Source of the DNA: Verrucomicrobia bacterium UBA3841
GTDB taxonomy: Bacteria; Verrucomicrobiota; Kiritimatiellia; RFP12; UBA1067
DNA length: 64,000 nt
Direction: 5' to 3'
NCBI GenBank assembly: GCA_002392765.1
Contig: DGHT01000022.1
Span: forward strand, 1,324-65,323
A program made the translations under genes and the position numbers. Below, piece after piece: positions 49,401-59,434 of this stretch. The notes under the pieces were generated by a model, which saw only the letters and a list, made by a program, of their open reading frames with translations, was not told where the DNA came from and searched no databases. Each line of letters starts with the position of its first letter. Within the stretch, counting starts at the first letter, position 1.

Positions 49401-50837
49401 CGGGATGTCGCTCCACCATGCGGAATGGCGGTCGTACGCCGAACATGTGCGGGTCATCCGCCTGAAGTCTGTCCGCCACTCCGGCAGCGGAAGGGACGTG
49501 TCGCCGAACGACGAGACGGCGCTGGCCGATTCGGTGTAGAGGACTGGCTTGCCGGGCGCGTGCGCCTTCATCTTCGCATACTTGCGCGCATAGTTCCATC
49601 CTGTTATGTCAAGGTCGTCCAACCAGCCCTTCTCCACAAGGCCGTCGTCGCATTCGCCGATCCCGACCGGACGCGTCGCGTCCTCGCTCAGCACAGCCTC
49701 GCGGAAAAGACGGCAGCGCTCGCGCGTCACACCGTCCGGATTCTTCTCCGCAGCGGCGTTGACCTCGTTGCCAAACGACCAGACGATCACCGAGGGATGG
49801 TTGCGGTCGCGGCGGACAAAGCGCTTCAGATGGCTGGAGATGTATTCCTCAAGGTTTTCTTCTGGAAGTCGCCCCGCCGTTCCGTCCCACTTGTCGAAGC
49901 ACTCGTCCCATACGACAAAGCCCATCTCGTCGCACAAGTCGAGAAGCTGCGGCGCCGGGCAGTTGTGGCTTGTGCGTATGGCGTTGACGCCCATTGCCTT
50001 CATCGCGAGAAGCTGCCGCGTCATCGCGCTTTTATCAAACGCCATGCCGAGGGGTCCGAGGTCGGAGTGGAGGTCCACGCCCTTGATCTGCACTCGTCTG
50101 CCGTTGAGGAAGAACCCCTCCGCCGCGTCGAAGCGCACGTAGCGGATGCCGTACGGAAACTTGAAGCCGTAGACGTCAAGTTCGTACATATAGGGATCCT
50201 CGATCGACCACAGCCGGGGTTTTTCGACCGTCCACCGCCTGGTCTCGCGTCCCCACGGCGCCTCGAACGTCGCGACCATCTCGGCCTTCTCCTCCGACAG
50301 CCTATCCACGCGAATCGCCATCGTGTCGGGGATGGGATGCGCATGCGGACAGACCCTCAGGCGCACATCGCGGTAGATGCCGCCGCCGGGATACCAGCGC
50401 GCCCGCTGCTTGAGCGTCGTCGCCTTGACGACCAGCTCGTTCGCGCCGGTCTTCCTCACGGCCTTCGTGACATCCAGCTTGTAGCCGAGGTATCCGTATG
50501 TTCCGCCGCCGACGAGCTGTCCGTTCAGGATCACCTCGCTGCGCCCCATCACTCCGTCGAATTCGAGATAGGCGCGTCCGTCCATGTCGAGATTGTCCCG
50601 ATCCTCGTCCGACAGCGCGAATGTCCGGCGGTACTCGCCGGCGCCGCGCCACGGCAGTGCCCCGGTCCAGCCGCCCTCCAGATTCGGCGCGAACGGCCCC
50701 GAAATTCCCCAGTCATGAGGCACGACGACGCTGCGCCATGCCTCATTGACCTCGTTCGTGTTCGCGTCAAGAGTCCTGCGGAACTCCCAGTTCCCCGTCA
50801 GGGCCGTCACTGCGGCCAGCATGCACAAGGTGTTCAT
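46479..50837 (-). CDS. GH2 beta-galactosidase-like enzyme fused to a right-handed beta-helix domain
   Basis: VVVPHDWG, NAIRTSHN, NHPSVIVWSFGNEV and LYTES motifs. The C-terminal roughly 500 aa contain NYAFRIADGCRNVALRRC..GVWIG.. parallel beta-helix-type repeats. Confidence 0.75.
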   Translation of the reverse strand: MNTLCMLAAVTALTGNWEFRRTLDANTNEVNEAWRSVVVPHDWGISGPFAPNLEGGWTGALPWRGAGEYRRTFALSDEDRDNLDMDGRAYLEFDGVMGRSEVILNGQLVGGGTYGYLGYKLDVTKAVRKTGANELVVKATTLKQRARWYPGGGIYRDVRLRVCPHAHPIPDTMAIRVDRLSEEKAEMVATFEAPWGRETRRWTVEKPRLWSIEDPYMYELDVYGFKFPYGIRYVRFDAAEGFFLNGRRVQIKGVDLHSDLGPLGMAFDKSAMTRQLLAMKAMGVNAIRTSHNCPAPQLLDLCDEMGFVVWDECFDKWDGTAGRLPEENLEEYISSHLKRFVRRDRNHPSVIVWSFGNEVNAAAEKNPDGVTRERCRLFREAVLSEDATRPVGIGECDDGLVEKGWLDDLDITGWNYARKYAKMKAHAPGKPVLYTESASAVSSFGDTSLPLPEWRTDFRRMTRTCSAYDRHSAWWSDIPDYEFWRMERDRYCGGEFVWTGIDYLGEPTPHDSARSSYFGVCDLCVIPKDRFWLYRSHWLPDETTCHIVPGHWNFGAGERIPVYLYTNGDEAELFLNGRSLERRAKSTRTDYPLDLAYPNEPGKGWLLPHQMTPSVSNQLVTAYYDVCDRYRLRWDSVPYEPGELKAVAYKAGKRIAEETIRTCGSPVALKLSADPFQPDDPSALRFIQVDVVDAHGTRDPFAEPKVRFSVSGQGELVAVGNSDEHGSTSFRDFAAFPLRFGKALVVVRRTGEGVITLTAEAEGLGPARYDFGGVVYSKAGASGFREAQTEVRRLKAAQPNEPWTVVVPAGEIRLDEALSFGAEDSGRPGALVVWKGEGVTIRGGVDIGPWKNEGKGVVSAPIPRNADGKFLALDMLFVNGERVSRSVLPKNRGSFRIPGGEDDSRYELVSTNANGDVTYAREFTRLGPDAAAVLDEVDADDLPYVQMQVRMDWTQDRRRVVGWDRSKREVLTEAFGGRSRATKNRWCERSAVRFENLRAAFTEPGEWFYDAKAGKVLYRLREGEAAESLRAVAPANRLSKLLTADGVRDLCFEGFSFEYADAPQGGIADDPRRNNQTYRCQSAATYDATVELRYAERVEFVRCRVARTGNYAFRIADGCRNVALRRCETWDTGAGGVWIGSEKMHPPGGVLKRAILAPTEPASCAFNVVEDCRLRHGGRFNPEGTAVFVTHASDCRIEHNEIDDWYYSGVTVGYTWGYEGSTAQRNVIAFNRISRLGQHELSDMGGIYTLATSFGTVVSNNVISEVFGYDTAAWGLYADEGSEGIVFENNIVSHTEFGGINQHFGSGCVFRNNIVAYNDARGCLSTQRREAFGVPSQVHVTGNIFYTHKGPLACRGSMSVDGVWAHNVWWKEGGTEADDFDGRSAEGFLASGRAYGDVVADPLFVDARNGDFRLKPDSPALKLGFKEWDASLAGPRPENDAPWLQSAERRAY

Positions 50838-53752
50838 CGGAAAAATAACGTCATCCCGCCGCTGACGAGATGTGCGTAGATGGTGTTGCCGGAGCGCGTG
50901 AACACGGTGCGCACCCTTTCACCGTCGTTGACGGCGCGGAGCTTTGTCAGGTCGAAAGACGCCCCTTCAGGCAGCGTCAGGACCGGCAACGTCGCATTCG
51001 GCCAGTGTCTGTCCTCGGAACGACCGAAATCTACAGTCCAGTAGCTCTGGCCGTCCGCAAGCTGCACCTCGGCGTTGACAAGCGTCAGGCCAGAATCACC
51101 GCCGTCGGTCGTCGCTGTCGCAGGCACGGTAAACCCTGGCGTCGTGAACACAAGCTTTTCCCCGGCGGACGACAACGTGCCGCCGTTGAGTCCGACGGTG
51201 CCAAGCGCCTGCGTCCCGGCCTCGTCCGAGCAGTCGATGCGAAGCGTCGCCCCCTTCGCGACAGCCACAGGCATGGAAGCGCGGAATGTGCCGTTGGAAA
51301 ACACGAGTGTACCCTCTTCTACGGACAGCGGTCCCGTCCATCCGGCGACCATTTCGGGCTTCGACTGCGTGATAGTGCCTGTGTTGCGGCTATCGGCCTT
51401 GTTCTGAGACGTCAGAACGACCTGCTGGTCCATGTAGAGCGTGCCTTTGCCGATCTTGGCGACTTTCGCCCTGCCTGTGACCTGGAGTCCCATCCAGTGG
51501 GAAACGTCCTCCTCGACGCCGAAGGACACTGTCCGGTCATCCGCCCCAGCGTCTGTTCCGAACACTATCTCGCCCTGCTGAACTCCATTTCCGTTGGCCT
51601 TGCCGTAGCTTACGCCGTCACCGCTCTGGAACCAGACAGTGGCGTCTCCCTGGTCGCAACGCAGCCTGGCCGACGAAGTCGTGCAGTTGAAGTGGATTCC
51701 GCCGCAGCGCAGTGTCGAGCCGTTGCGCAGGTACAGCTGGGGAATTCCCTCGGCCTGTGCTCCGTACGTCTCAGAAACGTCGATTACGCTGCTGTCGGCA
51801 ATGATCTTCGGATCGCCGGACCCGACAAGGCCCTTCCCGGCGAAAACGCTGTTCGTCATGTACATCGTCGTCGATGTCGGCGACCCGAATATGGACGACA
51901 CATAGCGCCTGACGCGCAACGTCGAATTCGTCAGGGCAATGGAAATGGTTGCCGGAAGTCTCGCTGAATGCCCGTCGCGAGCGACATGGAAGCAGCTCCG
52001 ATTCGCGTTGGCGCTAGGCCTCGCGTTTCCGAAACCAGCAACGTCAAAACAGGAATCGACCATCGAAAACGACCAGTTTGTCGGATAGGCCATGTCGTAC
52101 ACGCTGCTCGACGTGTCTGTGTCGCACAGGCCAAGGACATAATACTGCGCGTAGTCGCCCGTCGAACGAAGCGCGGCGCCATCAAGCGAGAACGACCACT
52201 TGCGGTTCACGGAATCCCAGCCGCGGCCGTTCGCGAAGTACGCATTGAACTCTACCACGCGGTTGGTTCCGCACCCTACGAGGCGCAGTCCTCCGTCAAG
52301 GACGTTGAACCCGTAGAGGCCCTTCATGTCCGGCAGCGATCCGTCCGCATGGAACTCCGGCACGGATGTCGGAGTGTCATACGGGCTCTCGCGCGTCTTG
52401 TCGGCCACGACGTTCCAGGTCCAGTCGTCGCCGAACGAAACAGGCCAGGACTCGTAGTCCGGCAGCGCCAGCGTCAGCGTTCCGGAGCCCGTCTTGACGA
52501 TTCCGCCGCCTGTGAACGCCACGACCGTGCCGAGCGATACGTCATTCGGCGCATGGACTACCGTCGCGACCTTGTTCGAGGTCGTCCCCTGGATAGTCAG
52601 CTGGCGCAGAGGGCTAATCTCGCCCGCGCCGGTCAGGTCGAGATAGCCGCCATCTAACACAGCGGAATCAAACGACGACGCATCGTAGGCAACCCAGTCT
52701 CCAGAAGCGTTTCGCATCTCGTGTACCCACCGCCATGTCAGCTGCCGGCACTCCCCTTCGCCCTGCACCGCCTCATACGACTTTGCAGACGACACGGTTG
52801 CGCTTGACCATGTCCCCTGCGAACGGTCGTACGTCTTCAGCTCGTATCCCGTGCAGCGCGACCGTACGCCGAGATCCTCCCGCTCGCAGTCCTCCGCCGT
52901 CGCAACAATGCTGTCCCCGGTCTTGACGAACGTGCAGCCTACCGCCGGAGTCATCTTCCCGCTCGTCACGCCCGAGCTGGCGACCTCCAGCCATCCGTCC
53001 TGCGGAACCGGCCCGACTTCCTCGCCGCCTTCAAGAGACATCGTGCCGCGGTTGGCGCAGAACTTTCCGAGCAGCACCTCGTAGAGACCATACCGCGCAG
53101 TCGAGGACTCCGCCGCATCGTCGTCGCGCGCCGGCACGAACCAGCGCTTCAAAGAGCCGAACTCGTCGTAGATCTTGACCCAGTAGACAGTCATCGGGGC
53201 GACGTTGTTTACGGTATCTTTCGTGGGATCGAGCTTATCTGCGTCCGTACCCTTGGTGTGCGACGCAAGGAAAACGAGCGGGGAGCCCGGAGTATAGTCC
53301 CCGACGGCAGCATCAGCCGAGATTTTGACAGTCGTGACCGTCGTGCCATCGTCGATGCGCCCCTGACAACGTCCGGCATCATAGACAATCGTTATTGGCG
53401 TATCGGACGGCAGCGCAAAACCGCTGGCTGTAGACGCCGACGTGCCCTTGCGGTCAAAGCGCATGCTCCCTCCGCCGATGAGAAAAAGGGATTGCGTCCG
53501 ATCCCATGCGCTGCTGCCGCGGGAGCAAAACACAGTCCAGTTCTCCCCTGCTTTCCTCTCCGCCGGAAACGACACGCACAACTCAATGCGGTTGCTGCAG
53601 CTTGGGGTGTAGTCGCTGACGATAAACGCAGAGCCATCATCGTAAGACGTCGTCGAGATCGACGTCAGTTCCGTATAGGACGCCGCCGCACCCAGCGAAC
53701 CGAGGATGCAGCAGACGCCGGCGAATGCCGTTTTGCATATACTTGTTCTCAT
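50834..53752 (-). CDS. Large secreted surface protein with autotransporter-associated beta-strand (PATR-like) repeats
   Basis: Signal peptide. VKTGSGTLTLA, GKGTLYMDQ and EEGTLVFSNG repeat signatures. N-terminal YTEL...DYTPS jelly-roll-like module. Confidence 0.55.
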   Translation of the reverse strand: MRTSICKTAFAGVCCILGSLGAAASYTELTSISTTSYDDGSAFIVSDYTPSCSNRIELCVSFPAERKAGENWTVFCSRGSSAWDRTQSLFLIGGGSMRFDRKGTSASTASGFALPSDTPITIVYDAGRCQGRIDDGTTVTTVKISADAAVGDYTPGSPLVFLASHTKGTDADKLDPTKDTVNNVAPMTVYWVKIYDEFGSLKRWFVPARDDDAAESSTARYGLYEVLLGKFCANRGTMSLEGGEEVGPVPQDGWLEVASSGVTSGKMTPAVGCTFVKTGDSIVATAEDCEREDLGVRSRCTGYELKTYDRSQGTWSSATVSSAKSYEAVQGEGECRQLTWRWVHEMRNASGDWVAYDASSFDSAVLDGGYLDLTGAGEISPLRQLTIQGTTSNKVATVVHAPNDVSLGTVVAFTGGGIVKTGSGTLTLALPDYESWPVSFGDDWTWNVVADKTRESPYDTPTSVPEFHADGSLPDMKGLYGFNVLDGGLRLVGCGTNRVVEFNAYFANGRGWDSVNRKWSFSLDGAALRSTGDYAQYYVLGLCDTDTSSSVYDMAYPTNWSFSMVDSCFDVAGFGNARPSANANRSCFHVARDGHSARLPATISIALTNSTLRVRRYVSSIFGSPTSTTMYMTNSVFAGKGLVGSGDPKIIADSSVIDVSETYGAQAEGIPQLYLRNGSTLRCGGIHFNCTTSSARLRCDQGDATVWFQSGDGVSYGKANGNGVQQGEIVFGTDAGADDRTVSFGVEEDVSHWMGLQVTGRAKVAKIGKGTLYMDQQVVLTSQNKADSRNTGTITQSKPEMVAGWTGPLSVEEGTLVFSNGTFRASMPVAVAKGATLRIDCSDEAGTQALGTVGLNGGTLSSAGEKLVFTTPGFTVPATATTDGGDSGLTLVNAEVQLADGQSYWTVDFGRSEDRHWPNATLPVLTLPEGASFDLTKLRAVNDGERVRTVFTRSGNTIYAHLVSGGMTLFFR

Positions 53753-53753
53753 G

Positions 53754-56700
53754 TTATTTCTCCTTGTTTGTAGATTTGAGTTCGTACTTGCCCCAGAGGT
53801 CGACCCTGGTGTTGTTGTCGAAAGTCCCGTTGAACGTCATGGCCGACTTGCGGAGCTCCGATTCGGCGTCCGTGTCGTTCACTGTGAAATCGAGCCTGAG
53901 GCGCGACCCGGCGCGAACGCGGAACGCCGACCCCTCGGCGGGACGGATCCTGCCCTGCACGACATATCCGCCGTCCGTGCGCCGTCCGACGGCCTCGACG
54001 GAAACGGACGACTTGTCGCCCATCGCCGTCCAGCTGTCCACGCGGCTCGGCGCGGCCGAGGCGGAGTCGACTGCGCAGCACGTCGTCTGGTCCGCGCCAG
54101 GCGAACGCTGGGTGCCGAGCTTGCCGGCTTCGCGCGTGTCGGTGAAGACCTCGAGGCAGTCGTAGCAGAACGGAAGTTTGCCGTCCGCCGGGCAGGGGCA
54201 CACCACGTCGTCCGTCACCTTCATGATGAAGTGAATCGCGTCGTCCTCGGTCCAACCGAGCTTAAGGCGGCACGAGAGGTCATTGGGGCCAGCCCAGTGC
54301 GGATTCCACAGGCAGGCGAGGTTGGGACGCCCGTGCGAGACATCCTCAAGGCTGTCGCAGACGTATTCGCGCACGCCTTCCCATCCGTCCCCGGACGCAT
54401 CGAACTTCGGCGCCTTCTCCAATACGGGGATGAACATCTTCGATCCGTTCGAGTCGAACGGCGCCGCCGCGGCCGCGACGACCTTCCCGTCCCGGCGGAA
54501 CTCGAAGCGTGCGACGTACGCGCGGCTGCGGAGCGAAACGGACTTTACCGAAAAGGGAATCTCAAGGCGCTCGCCTGGTTTGAGGGAGACTGGCACATCC
54601 ACGGGCGCGATCTCCATGCCGCGCTCGCCGACGGAAGCGAGATGCCCGGAAATCGAAACGCCGCTCTCGTTGACAAGCGTCGCGACGCCGTTCAGCGTGC
54701 CGTCGCCCGGCATGGTCTTGGGCATGCGGACCTTGAGCATCGCCGACTCGGCGAAGTCTCCGGGCACGTCGAACACGTAGAGCGGATTCATCCCGGCCTT
54801 GACGCTTAGGATGCCCGTCCCGTCCGTTCGCACCGACCCGAAGTTGCCGAGCATGTCCATCGTGCGGTATGTCTTGTCCGGCGCGAGCCGGAAGTTGATC
54901 GGCTCGTCAGCCATGCCGCAGATCGCGGCAATCCGCGAGCCGTCGTCCTGTTCGACGATAAAGCACGCCATGTTGAGCGACGCCAGCGGAAGGCGCGAGA
55001 CGCGCGTCTGGCGGTTGAGGACCTGCCCGGCCAGCGCGGTCCACGCGACGCCCTGGAGGCTGGGCGGGCTTTTGAGACCCGGCGCCATGCACTTCACGTA
55101 GAACTTGAACCCCAGCGCCAGTTCGGAGAGGACGGCATGCACCTGCATCGCGGCGGCTTCGTCCTCCGGTGCGCACGGCATCGAAGTCATGAACATCTCG
55201 TATCCGTGCGAGACACATGCGGAGTACCCGGCCCGGCGAGCCTCCTCGTGCGTCATCGGGCGACGCCCTACGCGCGGCAGGTAGTCGTAGCCGCTTTCCG
55301 TGTTCCAGTATTCGAGCTTCCTGCCGGGATGTTTCGCGAAGATGGCGCGGATGGGCTTGGTAGGGTCGTTCAGATTCATCTCCATCAGCGGATTGCCGCG
55401 GTAGGAATGGTAGGAAATGCCGTCGACGAGCGACGCAACCTCGTCCGTCAGCATCCTGTCGGTCCACGGCAGGCCCACGGGGCATACGCCAGCAGGGAAG
55501 AGCTTCACCTCGGGATGGCGCTCGCGGATGAGCCGGGCCGCGAGGGCGATCGACTCGCTCGCGGAATCCGGGGTCGCGCGGTGGTCGTCCGGTTCGCTCA
55601 TGAACTCGACGCCGAATACGTTGACCTGCGGGAGGAAGTCTGCGACATCCGCGTAGTAGCGCTCCCACTGCGCCCGCTTCTCGGCCGTCATCGTCGAAAG
55701 CTTCTCGCCTTTCGTGGGATATCCGAAGAACACGAAATTACGCAGCTCCGGGGTAATGGCGCGGCGGTTTTCGAATTGCTTCCTGGCGACATCTCTCCAG
55801 TCGCTCTTGAGCCAGCTCGTGAACGGGCTGTGGAAATCCGCGCGGCGAATCGGCGAATCGTACGAGAAGTCGTTGTCGACCGCCCACAGCCCCATCGGGT
55901 TGCGGGCAGTCAATCCGCCTTCCGGAGCCTTCGGCGTCACGGCGACGACGCGCGAGGGATCGAGACGGCGCACGATTTCGCCGCCGGGCCCCTTTACCGT
56001 CACGTCGACGAAATAGACGCCGCAGACAGGCGGCTCAAGCACGAGCTCCGCCCTGCCGCCTCCCTTGACGGAGAACGTCTCGGACTTTCGGAACGGCCCC
56101 ATCATCTGCTCGCATACAATCTCGACCGTATGTACACCAGCGAACATGTCATCATCTGGAATCGCAACCGAGACTGGAATCGGCGTTCCTATGCGGAAAT
56201 AGCCGCTGGAATCGTCCGGTACGCATATCTCGATCTGCCTGCGCTTCGCCTCAGCGTCGTTGAACGCAGCCATCGCCTTCTGCTGGTCGGACTCCGGCAC
56301 GGACGGCTTCCCCGCGTCATACAGCGAGTCAAGTTCGGCGACGGAGAGCGCTCGGTCGAATACCAGTATCTCGTCGCAGTCGACAAATTCGATTTTCTCA
56401 CGGTTGAAGTTGTAGCCGACACGCACATACGGCGTACCGCCCCATCCGCCGATTTCGGACGTGAGTTCATTCAGCTGCCCCGGCTTCGGATGCGGCGCAG
56501 TCATCAGCGGAATCAGGGAGTTCGTGCAGGCGACCTCGGACGTGCGCCCGTCCGCGTAGATGCGGCAGAACCCGTCGCCGAGCGTACAGGCGACGAGATG
56601 CCACTGTCCGCTCTTGCAGTCCTTGAGGCGGAAGTCGAGCCGCTCGGCCGCATTCGTCGCCGCCAGCCGAAAGCCGAGCTGACCCTCGGGACACCACGGC

Positions 56701-57197
56701 GTTATGTCGTGGAAGAAATGGAATCCGCTCTGCTTCGTGTGGGCGTCTCCGAGGAAAAGAAGCCCCGTGCCGCCGTGCTTCGTCTCGCCGGTCGGGCGCA
56801 TCCACATTGCAAATGTAAAGCCGTTCGCAAGTTCGCGTCCCGTCACAGCCATGCGGTGAAGCGCGGCCATTGTAGTTCCGCTGCGGACGGCGAACGATCC
56901 GGGGCGACGCCCGTCCGCGATCCAGCGCGGCGCAATCTCGGTCGGGCGGCCCTTGCCCCTGCATCGCCAGCCGTACGGCTTGACCGTCACAAGGCTCATC
57001 GAGCCGAATGGTCCGCCGGTAATCGCGATTCTGTCGGAATCGACTGGCGCGGAGTTTGCGACCTCCGTGCCGAATCCCTCCTCGAATGTGTAGTGGCGGA
57101 TGAGACCGGAAACGCCGTTCGGTGTCGATGCTCCGAGCGCACAACTCGCAAACAATGACAGCGCAGGAAGTGACAATCTTGATACAGTGTGTTTCAT
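53754..57197 (-). CDS. Secreted LamG-domain / clan-A-like glycoside hydrolase / CBM9-like protein
   Basis: Start MKHTVSRLSLPAL at 57197. LamG-like N-domain (..FTFAMWMRP..GQWHLVACTL..IYADG). TIM-barrel-like middle (..YWNTESGYDY). C-terminal ..IHFIMKVTDD...YDCLEVFTD.. is CBM9-like. Confidence 0.55.
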   Translation of the reverse strand: MKHTVSRLSLPALSLFASCALGASTPNGVSGLIRHYTFEEGFGTEVANSAPVDSDRIAITGGPFGSMSLVTVKPYGWRCRGKGRPTEIAPRWIADGRRPGSFAVRSGTTMAALHRMAVTGRELANGFTFAMWMRPTGETKHGGTGLLFLGDAHTKQSGFHFFHDITPWCPEGQLGFRLAATNAAERLDFRLKDCKSGQWHLVACTLGDGFCRIYADGRTSEVACTNSLIPLMTAPHPKPGQLNELTSEIGGWGGTPYVRVGYNFNREKIEFVDCDEILVFDRALSVAELDSLYDAGKPSVPESDQQKAMAAFNDAEAKRRQIEICVPDDSSGYFRIGTPIPVSVAIPDDDMFAGVHTVEIVCEQMMGPFRKSETFSVKGGGRAELVLEPPVCGVYFVDVTVKGPGGEIVRRLDPSRVVAVTPKAPEGGLTARNPMGLWAVDNDFSYDSPIRRADFHSPFTSWLKSDWRDVARKQFENRRAITPELRNFVFFGYPTKGEKLSTMTAEKRAQWERYYADVADFLPQVNVFGVEFMSEPDDHRATPDSASESIALAARLIRERHPEVKLFPAGVCPVGLPWTDRMLTDEVASLVDGISYHSYRGNPLMEMNLNDPTKPIRAIFAKHPGRKLEYWNTESGYDYLPRVGRRPMTHEEARRAGYSACVSHGYEMFMTSMPCAPEDEAAAMQVHAVLSELALGFKFYVKCMAPGLKSPPSLQGVAWTALAGQVLNRQTRVSRLPLASLNMACFIVEQDDGSRIAAICGMADEPINFRLAPDKTYRTMDMLGNFGSVRTDGTGILSVKAGMNPLYVFDVPGDFAESAMLKVRMPKTMPGDGTLNGVATLVNESGVSISGHLASVGERGMEIAPVDVPVSLKPGERLEIPFSVKSVSLRSRAYVARFEFRRDGKVVAAAAAPFDSNGSKMFIPVLEKAPKFDASGDGWEGVREYVCDSLEDVSHGRPNLACLWNPHWAGPNDLSCRLKLGWTEDDAIHFIMKVTDDVVCPCPADGKLPFCYDCLEVFTDTREAGKLGTQRSPGADQTTCCAVDSASAAPSRVDSWTAMGDKSSVSVEAVGRRTDGGYVVQGRIRPAEGSAFRVRAGSRLRLDFTVNDTDAESELRKSAMTFNGTFDNNTRVDLWGKYELKSTNKEK

Positions 57198-57286
57198 ACG
57201 AATAATTATAGCCAAAATCCGCTTTAAATGAAAGACCCTGTTTACAGGGGCTATGCAAAACGCACGGCTTATGGTAAAATATTTGT

Positions 57287-59434
57287 ATGAATACTGGCTG
57301 CCGCACATGGCCCCGTTTCTTCGCGACCTTGGCGATGTTTGCCGCCTCCAATCTGGCGGCAGCGGCCTCTGCGCAGTCCGTTCTCACGAACTGCACGATG
57401 GTGGCGGAGGCCTTCCTTGACGGCGAAACAGTTGCGGATATGGAAGTGGTCGCGACGGTGACCGGAGTGGAAGACGACAGCACAAAGGCCAGAACGACCG
57501 TATGCGATGGGATAGCCGCTTTCGACTTCGACTATGCAGGCGACAAAGCGACCGGACTTAGTCTCGGCGATGTCGTGCGGGTCAGAGGTTCGTTGACGAG
57601 GAACATCTACGACGAGCCGGTGACCATCGTCTCTTCCGCCACCGTCATAGCCCACGGACCGCCCCCCAAGCCGGTCGACATCTCGCCCGACGAGTTCAAG
57701 AGCGGACGTTTCGACGACTGGTTCGTCAGGATATCGGGAGTCGTGCGCTGCACAGTCCAGGACGAAATCGATCCCAACTGGAGATTTCTGGTGCTGGCGG
57801 TCGGAGGGCAGATAGTCTACGTGGCGCAGCATATAAACGCGGCGAGGGAACCGGCCGACATGGATCTGCTTGGTGCGTCCGTAGCCGTCGCGGGCTTCTG
57901 CCGGCGCAATCGCCATGGCGTCAGGCGTCCGCCGTACCGGCGCATAGAGCGCGAGATCGTGGCGGTCAGGGACGGAATAGAGGTAATCAAACCCGCCGAT
58001 GCGGACTTCAGCCGCATGCCGGACATCGGTACGTTCACGTGCCGTCTTCCGGAGACGATACCCCTCGACGAGCGATTCCGCGTCAGAGGAAACGTCCTCG
58101 CCGTCTGGAACGGCGACACCGCCCTAATACGCGCCGCCACAGGTCCGATCGTGCAGGTGCAGTTCGCCGCCGAGCCCCTGCCGGCGATCGGGGATTCCGT
58201 GGATGTCGCCGGATTCCCGGAATACAATCTCTTCACCTTCGGCCTCAGCGGATGCGTATGGCGGAAGACCGACCATATCGCGCTGCCCGAACCGTCCGCC
58301 ACCAACGTAAGCGCGCGCTGTCTGCTTGAAGACGGATTCGGACGCCCCGTGGCGAAGATCATTCTTCACGGGAAAGCCATCCGGATGGAGGGAGTGGTGC
58401 ACAGCGCAAGAGGCGAGGGCCTTGACCACCGCATGATTCTCTCGTCCGACGGCTACCTCGTGCCCGTAGACGCCGGGACCAGTCCGGAGGCACTTGCCGG
58501 CATCCCGGTCGGGAGCCGCGTCTCCGTCACGGGGATATGCGTGATGAACATCGACGACTGGAGGCCGGCCGCGCCATTCCCCCGCATCAGGGGCTTCACT
58601 GTAGTCATGCGGTCGCCGGAAGACATCCGGGTGTTGGCTTTTCCGCCATGGTGGACCCCCGCCCGGCTCACCGCGCTTCTGCTGCTCATTCTGGCCGTGC
58701 TGTGCTGCAGCGCACTCCTCAACATACTTCTGAGGCGCCTTGCAAAGCGGCGGCGACAGCAGCTTGCGAAGGAAATCCGCACACGCATCGAGTCGGACCT
58801 CAAGGTGAAGGAGCGCACGCGTCTCGCGGTAGAGCTCCACGACGCGATGTCCCAGACCCTGACGGGAGTCGCGCTTCAGCTCCAGACCGTACGCAGCGGG
58901 GAAGGCGCGATGTCCCCACATGCGGCAAAGCACCTCGCCATAGCCGAGAAGTCCCTTGATTCCTGCCGGACGGAGATGCGGAACTGCATCTGGGACCTCC
59001 GCAACGACACGCTGGACTGTCCGGACATGAACGAGGCGATCCGGCATACGCTGTCCCCGTGCATTGGCGGCGCGAAGCTCTTCGTCCGCTTCGACGTGAA
59101 CCGCACCCGCTTCGCGGACAACTTTGCGCATGCCCTTCTGCACATCATCCGCGAACTTGCCTCCAACGCCGTGAATCACGGCCGCGCAACGCGGATAAGA
59201 ATCGCAGGATGCATTGAGAACGGGCGGCTGCTGTTCTCGGTCTCTGACAACGGATGCGGCTTCGACCCGCAGCACACTCCGGGCATCGAGGAGGGGCATT
59301 TCGGGCTCATAGGCGTGCGGGAACGCATAGAGGGCTTCGACGGAAAGCTGAAGATAGACAGCGGTCCGAAGGGAACAACCATCACGGCGGCGATGAACAT
59401 AAAGCCGGACAAAGGACGGGACGAGGCGACATGA
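57287..59434 (+). CDS. Sensor histidine kinase (HisKA_3/NarX-LiaS type) with large extracytoplasmic domain
   Basis: ERTRLAVELHDAMSQTLTGVAL H-box and a C-terminal HATPase (..NAVNHG..DNGCGF..GHFGLIGVRER..). Confidence 0.8.
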   Translation: MNTGCRTWPRFFATLAMFAASNLAAAASAQSVLTNCTMVAEAFLDGETVADMEVVATVTGVEDDSTKARTTVCDGIAAFDFDYAGDKATGLSLGDVVRVRGSLTRNIYDEPVTIVSSATVIAHGPPPKPVDISPDEFKSGRFDDWFVRISGVVRCTVQDEIDPNWRFLVLAVGGQIVYVAQHINAAREPADMDLLGASVAVAGFCRRNRHGVRRPPYRRIEREIVAVRDGIEVIKPADADFSRMPDIGTFTCRLPETIPLDERFRVRGNVLAVWNGDTALIRAATGPIVQVQFAAEPLPAIGDSVDVAGFPEYNLFTFGLSGCVWRKTDHIALPEPSATNVSARCLLEDGFGRPVAKIILHGKAIRMEGVVHSARGEGLDHRMILSSDGYLVPVDAGTSPEALAGIPVGSRVSVTGICVMNIDDWRPAAPFPRIRGFTVVMRSPEDIRVLAFPPWWTPARLTALLLLILAVLCCSALLNILLRRLAKRRRQQLAKEIRTRIESDLKVKERTRLAVELHDAMSQTLTGVALQLQTVRSGEGAMSPHAAKHLAIAEKSLDSCRTEMRNCIWDLRNDTLDCPDMNEAIRHTLSPCIGGAKLFVRFDVNRTRFADNFAHALLHIIRELASNAVNHGRATRIRIAGCIENGRLLFSVSDNGCGFDPQHTPGIEEGHFGLIGVRERIEGFDGKLKIDSGPKGTTITAAMNIKPDKGRDEAT

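Noticed and set aside
46740-57158. Plus-strand ORFs 48753..50879 (708 aa), 50870..51967, 53706..54809, 55137..57158 (673 aa) and others
   Set aside because: They are antisense to the large glycan-operon genes. Their composition is R/H/V/A-rich and without motifs, and they overlap one another in different frames.
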